Source: Candidatus Babeliales bacterium
GTDB lineage: Bacteria > Babelota > Babeliae > Babelales > CAZZPM01
Direction: 5' to 3'
Assembly: GCA_016763165.1 (NCBI GenBank)
Contig: JAESUJ010000096.1
Span: 1 to 25,340, forward strand
DNA length: 25,340 nt
Every line of letters starts with the position of its first letter. The first letter of the stretch is position 1. Under the pieces are notes generated by a model. That model did not search any database. It had not been told where the DNA came from and saw only the letters and a list, made by a program, of their open reading frames with translations. Below are positions 16,956 through 25,340 of the stretch, one piece after another. The position numbers and the translations under genes are program-made.

Positions 16956-18964
16956 TAGAAGCCCACCTCGCCTGCTTTAATACGAGCTACTTTTTCTTTT
17001 CGTTTAACACGAGACTTTTTGCCTTCCGCAACTAAACGTGCTTTTTCATTTGCCTTAGCTTGTTTAGCGTCCCAAGAAAATCTCGGTAGCGGAACCGCTT
17101 CGCCATCTTGACTAACGAAAGCTTGATAAGTAGGCTCTAATCCTCGACTAACTTGGATTGCCGTCAACGAATCAGAGGCAATGCGTACATCTTTGACCGC
17201 CATTCCATCAGGCATTAAATCCTTGTATTGCTTGGATATCTGTCTACGAATCACTTCGGTTTTACCCTGTGGGGCGAACTTCATCAATGCGTGGTCACCG
17301 TTAATATCGGTCAACTGCCATCTTTTTGATACATCGGCAAACGCCATATTCTGAGCGACTGCCATATCAAAGCCAACATCAGGCAAATGGCGTTTCACCA
17401 TGGCCGTATATTCAGAATCCATAAAAATAGGAATATCAGGCTCAAATACGCTCCAAGGAATGTCATAAGCGGGATGATCGCCTATTTTATCATCCAATGC
17501 TGTTGTATTTTCGCCCGCAATTTCTTTTGATTTACGACTTAAAGTGGCTTTTTGGTCTGGACTTAATTGTGCATATGAATTAACAGCCGCTATTGCGTCA
17601 GGAGAACTCATGCCCAATCTCATATTTGCCGCCACTTTAGATACTACATCGATTTCGTTATCTTTAAAGTCGGCTAGTGACTGAGGTGCGTAATCTTGGG
17701 CATATATCAGCATGTCCGCAGCTTGCTTCATTTGGGGGGCATCGGCACGATTATTGGCTCTGAATACAGATATTATCTGATCAGGAACTATTTTAAATTG
17801 ACGCATGGTGTCAATAGCCACAGTCTTAGGGTCAGCATCGGGTTGGGTTAATGCTTCTTCATATAAAGCATTAACTGCATCGCGCGAATCCTTATCCCTA
17901 GGGTCAATGGGGTTTCCACTGAGGACATACTGTTTCGTTGTTTGAGCATCGACCGCTGCTTGGCGATTGCGGTCAAGAGTACGAAGCATATTCGTCATTT
18001 CGCCGCCCGATATCAAATCGTCGTCGAATAAAGTCTGAATAGTATGTTCATTTGCGTTTGTGCCTAAAGTATCAATTTGACGCCAAGTGTCACTTACTAT
18101 TTGAGCATCCTCGCGCTTGTCCCTAGAAATCATAGCAGCTTCATGTTCCTTAGTAGCTGCTTCTAATGAGTTGGCATAGCCCTTGCGCTCAGAAACGGAC
18201 AATTGGCCATCATAGCCATCTGAACGAAGATTGGCGATGGCGGATTCTGCGTCTTCTAAATCTTCATTGGTTTCAGCACCCGCCATCAATAGGTCATCAT
18301 AGCCATCGACTTCTTGCTGCTCCAAAATAGCCTTTTTGATTTCCTTCCGTTTGTTCTCGTTCGGAATATCTTCGGCAAGATGAGTAGCAACCGCATAGTT
18401 TCGATCATCGACAGCTGATTTGACTTGTGCATCAGTCTGCACGTTAATAAAATCTTCTTGGGCAGCAGATGAAGCGATAGCGCGTTTAGTATACTGAGCG
18501 TCGCCAACTATAGTAGCATTAGTCAACCATTTGTCACGAGACTCATCATGGTCGATTTGCGTAGACAGTGCATTTCTGGTTTTAGTAGCGAAATCACGGT
18601 ACATATCAGCATACACTTCATATGCAGGTATATCTTGGCGTACTTCTTCGGTTTCAATTCCGTCAAGCCCTACTCTTTTTTCAGTTCTACGTACAGTGAT
18701 GTTTTCAGGGATTCTATCTGCAGGTATGAATTCTTTCCCTGCGTATTCAGAGTCAAAATCCGCCATAGCAGCAGAGTATTCTAAGTCGTTTTGGCGCAAT
18801 TGGCTTTCACGGCTTTTTTGCTTATTCTGTTCATGAATATTGAACAAACCTGCGGATGCTTGACTCGCAACAGACGCAAATGCCTGCCCAGTACGCAATG
18901 CGCCCTGAACGTCGTGGCCTTGGAGTTGTTGAACTCCCGATCGTATTCCGCTAGGTAATTTCAT
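16955..18964 (-). CDS. Internal virion/ejection protein (gp15-like position)
   Basis: 669 aa, Ala/Gln-rich helical N-terminus; synteny. Confidence 0.7.
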   Translation of the reverse strand: MKLPSGIRSGVQQLQGHDVQGALRTGQAFASVASQASAGLFNIHEQNKQKSRESQLRQNDLEYSAAMADFDSEYAGKEFIPADRIPENITVRRTEKRVGLDGIETEEVRQDIPAYEVYADMYRDFATKTRNALSTQIDHDESRDKWLTNATIVGDAQYTKRAIASSAAQEDFINVQTDAQVKSAVDDRNYAVATHLAEDIPNENKRKEIKKAILEQQEVDGYDDLLMAGAETNEDLEDAESAIANLRSDGYDGQLSVSERKGYANSLEAATKEHEAAMISRDKREDAQIVSDTWRQIDTLGTNANEHTIQTLFDDDLISGGEMTNMLRTLDRNRQAAVDAQTTKQYVLSGNPIDPRDKDSRDAVNALYEEALTQPDADPKTVAIDTMRQFKIVPDQIISVFRANNRADAPQMKQAADMLIYAQDYAPQSLADFKDNEIDVVSKVAANMRLGMSSPDAIAAVNSYAQLSPDQKATLSRKSKEIAGENTTALDDKIGDHPAYDIPWSVFEPDIPIFMDSEYTAMVKRHLPDVGFDMAVAQNMAFADVSKRWQLTDINGDHALMKFAPQGKTEVIRRQISKQYKDLMPDGMAVKDVRIASDSLTAIQVSRGLEPTYQAFVSQDGEAVPLPRFSWDAKQAKANEKARLVAEGKKSRVKRKEKVARIKAGEVGF

Positions 18965-18966
18965 GC

Positions 18967-19377
18967 TTAAGTTCCAAATGCCTGATACGCACTAAATCCT
19001 GCGTTCGCTGCTGTGCCGAGTGCGCCTGCTTGAGCTTGACTACGGGCATTGCTTCCGCCTTGGCGAGTAACAGACGCTTTCTGCTTACCTGCGCTCTGGA
19101 GCCAAGCAAGCTCTTTCGAATGCTCTGCTTTCATGTCCGATAAGAACATAGCTTGTGAGCCTTCCACTGTAGCGCCGCCCGCCGCTGCACGTGCTTTAGC
19201 CGTAGACTCAACCTTCTTCTGTTCTCTTGCGAGACGACGAGATTCCTCAGCCGTCTGCTTTTCTTGCAGTTTAGCGTTGGCATCAGCAAGCCTATCAGCT
19301 TTATTGCCCGCTTGTATTTGCTTCACTGTGCTCACCCCTGCTAGGGCAACTGCTATGTACGGTATTGCCTGAGGCAT
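18967..19377 (-). CDS. Small internal virion/ejection protein (T7 gp14/P22 gp7-like)
   Basis: Hydrophobic N-terminus, Ala/Gln/Gly-rich, A.AGG..EGS motif, amphipathic C-terminus. Confidence 0.75.
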   Translation of the reverse strand: MPQAIPYIAVALAGVSTVKQIQAGNKADRLADANAKLQEKQTAEESRRLAREQKKVESTAKARAAAGGATVEGSQAMFLSDMKAEHSKELAWLQSAGKQKASVTRQGGSNARSQAQAGALGTAANAGFSAYQAFGT

Positions 19378-19378
19378 A

Positions 19379-19777
19379 CTATTCTCCTATCATACTCATG
19401 ACCCAACAATCCGAACCATCAGGTAACATTTTTTCTAGTTTAGTTTCAGCTTTGAGGCCGCAAATTCTTGCCCATCTCAAACTTCTGTAATTATTCCCTA
19501 TCATAGCATGTACTCTATGATATCCACAAGCGATCATTTCTTCTTTAAGCAACTTTCTTGCTAATCTTGTAAAGGCCAAGGGATGATGTATTACTTCATC
19601 CGATACCATTGCCCAAACGTGTCCGACTCCAGTCCAAAAAGGATATATGCCTAGTATAGCCACGACTTTATCATTTACTAATATAGTCCGTGCTCCCTCG
19701 ACAGACCTGTGAGTTATCTGCTCCCTGAAATCAGCAGCATCAAAATCGCAATCCAGTGTTTTCCTAGAGGCTATCAC
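19379..19777 (-). CDS. GNAT-fold acetyltransferase-like protein (T7 gp13-like position)
   Basis: VAILGI..FW.GVG.VW...N.RS.RW...G...E pattern; lies between the nozzle and ejection genes. Confidence 0.75.
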   Translation of the reverse strand: MIASRKTLDCDFDAADFREQITHRSVEGARTILVNDKVVAILGIYPFWTGVGHVWAMVSDEVIHHPLAFTRLARKLLKEEMIACGYHRVHAMIGNNYRSLRWARICGLKAETKLEKMLPDGSDCWVMSMIGE

Positions 19778-21909
19778 AAATTACTTTGTCCCATGTCACC
19801 GAATCTTCCTACAATAGTCATCTTAAGAGGCTTATCTTGTACTATTGATATCTGCGCTCTGTCATCATATCCTAGATTAGAAACTTCAATGTCTTTGGTA
19901 ACAGAAGCTTCTCTAGTGTTCATCAATGTTTGGGGCGTTCTGTCAGCAGGGCGTTTGCCGTTTATAAGGGGCATTGCACTGGATAGTATACGTAATATTA
20001 TCTTATTCCATCTTTTCCTGAAACCCATTCCTGAACCCTCTTCGCTACCTGCGTCTTCTGGCATGGTAATCATTTCTTGCGTGAATGAATGTCCTATTTG
20101 TACTACAGAACCTACGTAATTCAAAGTCCCGTTGCCGTTCAAGTCCAACGAAATGTCGGGGTGAACAGCGCCGTCAACAACAGGAGTAACAGTGTTACCC
20201 GCTAAGGCAGATACCCCAACAATATCTGCGCTCGGCGTATCATTGTTTATTACGACGGCGCTATCCAATACTATGGAAGAAGACATGTTTTCCACAACTA
20301 AGGTGTCGACACCATTTATTTTCCTAATCACAACTAGTGTGACGATGGACATGCCCGCTTTTTCTACTACAGAGGCATCTAACACAAACCCATTGGTTTC
20401 GTGTCTATGCCAACCCATTTGACCCGTCGACGGTTCAAAAGTACATGCTAATAGTTGGCCATTTTCAGATGCCATCCATATAACATTCTCTGGGTTTTTA
20501 GCATATGCTAAATCTAAAATCTTGTTGCCGTCTGTCAAATGCTCGGCAGTAAACGTAATGTCTTGGCCAAACCATGCGTCTTCCGTCCATTTGAACGTTG
20601 AGACAAAAACTTTTCTTCCATCGCTGCTGACGTACATCACGGAATTACCGATAGCGGTGGGTTGAACGTTAGAGCTACCATTGGCGCTTTGCATTTCAAT
20701 CCCTACGTCAGATGGCGTTACTATTGCGCCCTCCGATGTAACGATGAATTCGCCTGATGTAGTTCCAATAAGTAAATTTCTGACGCCTTTCATCCAACGG
20801 ATGCGGCCTCTTCTATTGATCGTATGCTCCATAGCATTAGCGTCGGTTACGCCCGTTGTTAAGTTTTCGAATTCAGCTGATTTCGAACCCCAAAACGTCT
20901 CTGCTTTATCTCTTGCTCCGCCCCACCAACTACGACCTTGGAAAAAGGCAACGGTAGAGGGATAACTGTTATCGACCCAAGACGCAGGTTGGTTGATGAA
21001 TGCGACTTCACCAAATGCCCATACATTAGTGCCTGCATTATACGTTAGTTTACTCACAGGATTGGTTGCAGAAGTAATATACATCACATCTTCCGATGGA
21101 GTCATTTCAGCTTGTAGATTTCTAATATCTGTAGCGGTATACGAGTGACTAAATATGATAGGTGAATCATTAGTATTAGTCAACGTTACGTTTGTTATTT
21201 TGCGCAAGGTTTCGGTAATAATAATGAAATCCCCTATTTCCTCTCCCTCAGGGAATACGCCATTTATTCTAATAGTCACCCATACTACTGGATTAGCCAA
21301 AGTATCGAATTGTACTGTATTAGTCCCCTCGGCTATTTCAGCGCCGAATTGACTCGTTCCTATTCGTATTTTTCTTATTCCTGTAATGCCTCTCACTATA
21401 GGCTCAACAGTATATGAAGCAATGTGGATCACATCAGTATCTACGAGGATTTGCTGCGTTATTTCAGCAAAACTAGAAGGACTCGTGCCCCCATCAAGGA
21501 GAGCTTTGCCCGCGACCCAATTTACTGATGACCCCGACCCCGACGAATTAGTAGTCCATCCATTTAAGCCTCCGCCAAATTGACCGTTGACCACTAATTC
21601 CGTTCCGCCGACTATTCCCGATGCTCCAATGACAAAAGCCTTTCCTGAATCAGAAATTACGAAGCTAAATCCCTCGCCAATTACGCTGTCAGGAGTTAAT
21701 TGGAACGGGAAAACACGAGCAAAAGTACCTTCAATAATTCGAGCAAAAACAGTACCATCGCGGGTTTGCATTGGTCCATGCTTTAGCGGAACCATATTCA
21801 AAGAGTCTTCTACTCCTGAATTGAAAGCTTCCGCATCAGAACGCGCATGCAAACGTGGAGAAAGAATCCCTGCTGTAAACTTGTTCTGAATAGGATGAAG
21901 TTTAGCCAT
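19774..21909 (-). CDS. Tail nozzle / tail tubular protein B (T7 gp12 / P22 gp10-like)
   Basis: NKFTAGILSPRL..R.D start, YPSTVAFFQGR, LLIGT..GEF, C-terminal P..MTI pattern. Confidence 0.85.
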   Translation of the reverse strand: MAKLHPIQNKFTAGILSPRLHARSDAEAFNSGVEDSLNMVPLKHGPMQTRDGTVFARIIEGTFARVFPFQLTPDSVIGEGFSFVISDSGKAFVIGASGIVGGTELVVNGQFGGGLNGWTTNSSGSGSSVNWVAGKALLDGGTSPSSFAEITQQILVDTDVIHIASYTVEPIVRGITGIRKIRIGTSQFGAEIAEGTNTVQFDTLANPVVWVTIRINGVFPEGEEIGDFIIITETLRKITNVTLTNTNDSPIIFSHSYTATDIRNLQAEMTPSEDVMYITSATNPVSKLTYNAGTNVWAFGEVAFINQPASWVDNSYPSTVAFFQGRSWWGGARDKAETFWGSKSAEFENLTTGVTDANAMEHTINRRGRIRWMKGVRNLLIGTTSGEFIVTSEGAIVTPSDVGIEMQSANGSSNVQPTAIGNSVMYVSSDGRKVFVSTFKWTEDAWFGQDITFTAEHLTDGNKILDLAYAKNPENVIWMASENGQLLACTFEPSTGQMGWHRHETNGFVLDASVVEKAGMSIVTLVVIRKINGVDTLVVENMSSSIVLDSAVVINNDTPSADIVGVSALAGNTVTPVVDGAVHPDISLDLNGNGTLNYVGSVVQIGHSFTQEMITMPEDAGSEEGSGMGFRKRWNKIILRILSSAMPLINGKRPADRTPQTLMNTREASVTKDIEVSNLGYDDRAQISIVQDKPLKMTIVGRFGDMGQSNL

Positions 21910-22508
21910 TATCTTAATCTCGCATTAACTAGACTACTTGAACGGATTCGTTTGCTTCGACCTTGTAGTCCATCAGCATTTGCGGCATCCTTAAGAGAAC
22001 GCAAGTACAAATTCATCATGTCTGTTTGTAATGATTTGCTCTGTGCCAACGGGATGGCTAGCTTATATGCTAAATAATGCGAAAGCGCATCGACGAATCC
22101 TGCCGAATAACGGCTAGTTACTTCAACACGCTTGATATATCTAATGAATACTGAACCTTGGGTATCAGCACTTATATTGTTTTCTTCTCTTTCCCACTCT
22201 AGCGGGTTAGGTCGATCACGGAACATCATATCATCAGCTGATTCCCAGACCTCCATTACTCTTAAACAATCAGAGGGAAGAGTAAAAGAGCCTTGATAGC
22301 CGAATATGGGGTTAACCGCATTCTGCGCTATCTCGGCTCTAGAAGTAGCAAAAGTCCAATCTTTATCGGCAAGTACTTTATCCCTTGCTGCGTCATAATG
22401 GACTTCACACGCAATGGCCTCAGTAGAATCTTCGGTAATAGATGATATCTTACTACCGCCAACATGAATTATAGCCATGTTGCAAATCTTAGTTATATTG
22501 ATGGCCAT
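21909..22508 (-). CDS. Head-tail adaptor / tail tubular protein A (T7 gp11-like)
   Basis: ICNMA...G...I.S..., YD..RD..L...W.FA, F.LP.DCLRV, F..ALS..LA..LA motifs. Confidence 0.85.
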   Translation of the reverse strand: MAINITKICNMAIIHVGGSKISSITEDSTEAIACEVHYDAARDKVLADKDWTFATSRAEIAQNAVNPIFGYQGSFTLPSDCLRVMEVWESADDMMFRDRPNPLEWEREENNISADTQGSVFIRYIKRVEVTSRYSAGFVDALSHYLAYKLAIPLAQSKSLQTDMMNLYLRSLKDAANADGLQGRSKRIRSSSLVNARLR

Positions 22509-22516
22509 ATTATGCT

Positions 22517-22720
22517 CTACTTAGCTTTTTTAGCTGCTTCGGCTTTAGCTTCAGCAGCAGCTTTCGCACGTGCTTTAACTTTAGCCACGTTTTCAGGACT
22601 AAATGCATTGATGACACCTTCATCAATGCTTAATGCCTGAGAAATCGCTTTCGTGGACTTTTTACCCGCGTACATCTTCGCGATTTGACGTTGGTCTGAC
22701 TTATTTGCGCCTATTTTCAT
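22517..22720 (-). CDS. Small basic protein, possible HTH followed by an Ala/Lys-rich tail
   Basis: GK.ST.AISQAL.I.E.VI pattern and KAAAEAKAEAAKKAK tail; AGGA RBS. Confidence 0.6.
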   Translation of the reverse strand: MKIGANKSDQRQIAKMYAGKKSTKAISQALSIDEGVINAFSPENVAKVKARAKAAAEAKAEAAKKAK

Positions 22721-22730
22721 GATAATATTC

Positions 22731-22973
22731 CTATACTAGTGGGGTTAGGGGTGAAGTATTCAAAGCCGTGGTCATTTCACGAGCAACAGCATCGTTACCT
22801 GCTGCGTTCAGTGCTTTACCGAAAAATTGGCTTGGGGCTGATAGAACTGCCGAACTTGACTCACGAGTGACACCGCCAACGGCGATTGTCTGCGTTAAAT
22901 CAGTACGAATGCCTGAACCTTGGTTCGCGACATTAGATTGCTTGAGTTCGGTACGAACGCCTATAATGGACAT
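22731..22973 (-). CDS. Small hypothetical protein downstream of the capsid gene (possible head decoration)
   Basis: AGGAG RBS; internal repeat GVRTELKQ/GIRTDLTQ. Confidence 0.65.
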   Translation of the reverse strand: MSIIGVRTELKQSNVANQGSGIRTDLTQTIAVGGVTRESSSAVLSAPSQFFGKALNAAGNDAVAREMTTALNTSPLTPLV

Positions 22974-22989
22974 TTCTTTCTCCTATTAA

Positions 22990-23006
22990 GGCGGGACTAG
23001 CCCGCC
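22990..23006 (-). terminator. GC hairpin after the major capsid gene (weak terminator or mRNA stabiliser)
   Basis: GGCGGG-5nt-CCCGCC immediately after the capsid stop, followed only by TTAAT on the - strand (poor U-tract). Confidence 0.45.
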
Positions 23007-23012
23007 ATTAAA

Positions 23013-23876
23013 TTAGGTTACTGTGTCAGCTACGTGTAAACGAACAACGTGTTCATCTTCAACTCGAACTGCGCCCATTACCATCATACAGTAGATGCGC
23101 CAAGCAAATGATAAGCTTGGGTCTTCTGCGACTTTCGCCGTGATGTCTTTGTTCACTTGTAAGCCGATGCCACGAGAACTAAATGCTAAACAATCAAGTT
23201 GGCTTACCGCAGGAGCCAATAATCGATTCGAAACAACCCAATCAAAGCCCATCCAATCAGGCAGCATGCCCGTTGATAACGCCTTGCTGTTTTGGAAATC
23301 GCCTGAGGTGACTTCCATCAATTGCATCAATTTACGTTGTTGGATTGGCGAAATGACCATAACTTTCTTTTCATCAGGGTCGATATCGTTTTCGTAAAAC
23401 TTCTGTTGAACTTGAAGAATCAAGTCAAGTGAAATCTCAGCAAGACCGTTACCGACAGTTTGACCTGCAGTGAATGCAGAAGAAGAGCCGTCACCGTTCA
23501 ATGCAGAAGCGGTAGCCGATTCAATGATAATATCATCAATTTGACGTTTCATCGCCATCGCTAAATTCAAAGCGACATTAGAGTTAGGGTCAACTAACAT
23601 CTGTACGATATCTTCTGGCTCAACCGTCTCACCTGCATGGTAAGTTTTGGCCAACGTCACACGACGTGTCCAAGGTAAATCAGAAGTCGGGGTAGGTGTA
23701 CGTGCAGAAGTTTTTTCTGCCGCTTGGCCTGCGCCTAAGCGTTCCCAGTTGTGTTTTTCGCCACCTGTTGCGCGTTCAGTTACGAAACGGCGAAGGCGAG
23801 ATTCCATTTGTTGTGCTAAATGGCGTAAATTACGTTCGAATGTCTGGATGTAGACATTACTGATGGTGATGGCCAT
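23013..23876 (-). CDS. Major capsid protein (HK97 fold)
   Basis: Located after the scaffold; TWTRR-like LPWTRR, GLSVDAIL-like region, GFDWVVSNRL, C-terminal MGAVRVEDEHVV; AGGAG RBS. Confidence 0.85.
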   Translation of the reverse strand: MAITISNVYIQTFERNLRHLAQQMESRLRRFVTERATGGEKHNWERLGAGQAAEKTSARTPTPTSDLPWTRRVTLAKTYHAGETVEPEDIVQMLVDPNSNVALNLAMAMKRQIDDIIIESATASALNGDGSSSAFTAGQTVGNGLAEISLDLILQVQQKFYENDIDPDEKKVMVISPIQQRKLMQLMEVTSGDFQNSKALSTGMLPDWMGFDWVVSNRLLAPAVSQLDCLAFSSRGIGLQVNKDITAKVAEDPSLSFAWRIYCMMVMGAVRVEDEHVVRLHVADTVT

Positions 23877-23909
23877 GATAGGCTCCTAAGTAAGTTAGAT
23901 TATTTTCTC

Positions 23910-23968
23910 GGACTCAGGAAGCTACCCGATACTTTTAGTGTTGACTGATGGACTCGGACGAGCTACCC
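23910..23968 (-). repeat. Two imperfect direct repeats GGGTAGC-N5/6-GAGTCC in the capsid 5' leader
   Basis: + strand ggactcaggaagctaccc (23910-23927) and ggactcggacgagctaccc (23950-23968). Confidence 0.8.
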
Positions 23969-23984
23969 ACGTGTGTCTAAATTT

Positions 23985-24013
23985 ATTATAACACATGGGG
24001 AGCCGTTTGTCAA
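23985..24013 (-). promoter_or_regulatory. sigma70 consensus promoter for the capsid gene and downstream genes
   Basis: On the - strand: TTGACA (24013-24008), 17-nt spacer, TG extended -10, TATAAT (23990-23985), just downstream of the scaffold stop. Confidence 0.85.
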
Positions 24014-24024
24014 GTATCTGGATA

Positions 24025-24981
24025 TTACGAGGAGTGGGACGACCTCAGGTCGTTGAAATCAGTCGATGCGTTTGGATCGGCAAATCCTGCCAATTTTATC
24101 ATCTTCTGGATAGCTGCTGCGTTGTCAGGGTGATGCGAGTCCCAATACGGGTGCTGTCTATTGTTCATCATATCACTGATTTGAGCTTGAGCGTCCGCAG
24201 GAGTCATTCGACCGTTATTGTTACCACTGTCATGGTTAGCAGTACCTTCACCGCCGCCAATTTTAGTGGCCAATGTATGCATCCATTTGAGCGTGTCGCC
24301 GCCAATTTTGCCGTCTTTAGCCATTTGAATGATGGCTTCTGGAGCGCCTGTGGCTTCCGCAGCTGCAATAGCTTGAGATTCGCGTTCTTTAAATACCGCA
24401 CCCCACTCTTGCTCTATGGCTTGTCGACTGGTCACAGTGGCTTCGTTCATAGCCGTTTGTGCCTGAGCATCCACAGCCAAGACATCGCCTAACATACCGT
24501 TGAACTGGTCTTTAGTCAAGCCGTGCTTATGAGCCATTTCTTTGAATGCCGTCATTCGGGCATCATCAAAAGTTAGAACGTCAGGAATTTCAACGTTTTC
24601 ATATCCCGTTGATTCATCAGGGCGACCTAATGCTGTCAATACTGCATCTAGCGACTCTTGATTCCCTGCTTCTGGGCGGGGCATTAAATGAGGCGCATGC
24701 TTTTGAATCTTTTCGAAAAACTTCTGTTGGTCTTCCTTGCTAGCGTCTTCGCTTGGTACACGAATAGCACTACCTAAGTACGACTGTTGGTCAACAAATT
24801 GTTGTGCCAATGAAGCGACGTCTTTAACGTCAGCAAGGGCAGATGAACCTTTTAATTCGTCACCTAATCCGTCTCGCCAATTGGCTACTTCTTGCTCAGC
24901 ACCGCCGCCTTCACCGCCGCCACCTTCGCCGCCGTTTTCTTCATCACGCAAAACTCTAAAAAATTGATTTAATCTGAACAT
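24025..24981 (-). CDS. Capsid scaffolding protein
   Basis: Gly/Glu-rich N-terminus, NWRD.L.DEL motif, coiled coil, EW G..F; lies between the portal and capsid genes. Confidence 0.8.
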   Translation of the reverse strand: MFRLNQFFRVLRDEENGGEGGGGEGGGAEQEVANWRDGLGDELKGSSALADVKDVASLAQQFVDQQSYLGSAIRVPSEDASKEDQQKFFEKIQKHAPHLMPRPEAGNQESLDAVLTALGRPDESTGYENVEIPDVLTFDDARMTAFKEMAHKHGLTKDQFNGMLGDVLAVDAQAQTAMNEATVTSRQAIEQEWGAVFKERESQAIAAAEATGAPEAIIQMAKDGKIGGDTLKWMHTLATKIGGGEGTANHDSGNNNGRMTPADAQAQISDMMNNRQHPYWDSHHPDNAAAIQKMIKLAGFADPNASTDFNDLRSSHSS

Positions 24982-24984
24982 AAC

Positions 24985-25215
24985 TTACTCCGTTGGGTTG
25001 TTTACTCTCATCATTTGTCGTATATACATGATAACATTATGCTCGCCTATGTTGACGAACGTCGCGCTATCACTGTTGGGGTTAAATAGTTGGGCAGGGT
25101 CAAATTCTGCTATTAAAGCCTTTAACACCTTTTCGCCCGTGGCTGTACTAAAAGTCACCTGAAAGTCCATTCCTTTGACTTTCAGTGCTGCAGTTGCTAT
25201 TTCTTTACTACTCAT
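24985..25215 (-). CDS. Bbp19-like small protein following the portal
   Basis: F...G..VL..L...G...V...I pattern; synteny. Confidence 0.65.
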   Translation of the reverse strand: MSSKEIATAALKVKGMDFQVTFSTATGEKVLKALIAEFDPAQLFNPNSDSATFVNIGEHNVIMYIRQMMRVNNPTE

Positions 25216-25339
25216 TTTGTGCTCCCTGTTGTAACGATGCTGCGCCTTTGCCTACGGCTTCCATTGCTTTTCCGCCTTCTTGAGCAGCAAGTATATCATT
25301 TTGCTGCTTTTGAGCCGCTTGCTTGGCTTGACGATCACT
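25208..25339 (-). CDS. Portal (head-tail connector) protein, C-terminal fragment (5'-partial)
   Basis: Open frame SDRQAKQAAQKQQNDILAAQEGGKAMEAVGKGAASLQQGAQNE*: a Gln/Ala-rich helix typical of podovirus portal ends, in the expected position. Confidence 0.6.
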   Translation of the reverse strand, partial: SDRQAKQAAQKQQNDILAAQEGGKAMEAVGKGAASLQQGAQNE

Positions 25340-25340
25340 G

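Noticed and set aside
24900-24935. CCG-rich tandem repeat
   Set aside because: It encodes the GGEGGGGEGGG linker of the scaffold protein.
1-25340. Stop-codon reassignment, programmed frameshift, integrase or mobile element
   Set aside because: Genes tile the window at full expected length in the standard code with normal overlaps; no slippery site plus extension, recombinase or transposase was seen.

Overview
The window is a 25-kb piece of a lytic-type tailed phage genome with podovirus-like morphogenesis genes, resembling Vibrio phage phiVC8. The host is probably a Gammaproteobacterium (inferred from the sigma70 consensus promoters and GATC/CCWGG avoidance). There are two convergent arms. 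The + arm (1-9445) is DNA metabolism: SNF2-like helicase C-terminus, a Zn-ribbon protein, a consensus promoter with a ~300-nt highly structured leader, two SSB-like proteins, a family A polymerase with DpoZ signatures, a PrimPol-helicase, then purZ, a short MazG-like protein, a DatZ-like HD hydrolase, a PD-(D/E)xK nuclease and a DUF6378-like protein. This is the 2-aminoadenine (Z-genome) pathway, so the virion DNA probably carries Z in place of A. The - arm (25340 to 9442) is morphogenesis: portal end, Bbp19-like protein, scaffold, major capsid, adaptor, nozzle, GNAT, three ejection proteins, tail fibre/spike, two exported proteins (one OMP-like) and a holin-like protein. The Z pathway itself is known. 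The less explained signals are the variant accessory enzymes, the structured leader with twin CGUAA loops and alternative RBS pairings, a repeated motif in the capsid leader, and strong avoidance of CCGG/CCWGG/GGNCC/GATC while GAATTC is abundant. All family assignments come from motif reading and all counts are by eye; no searches were run.
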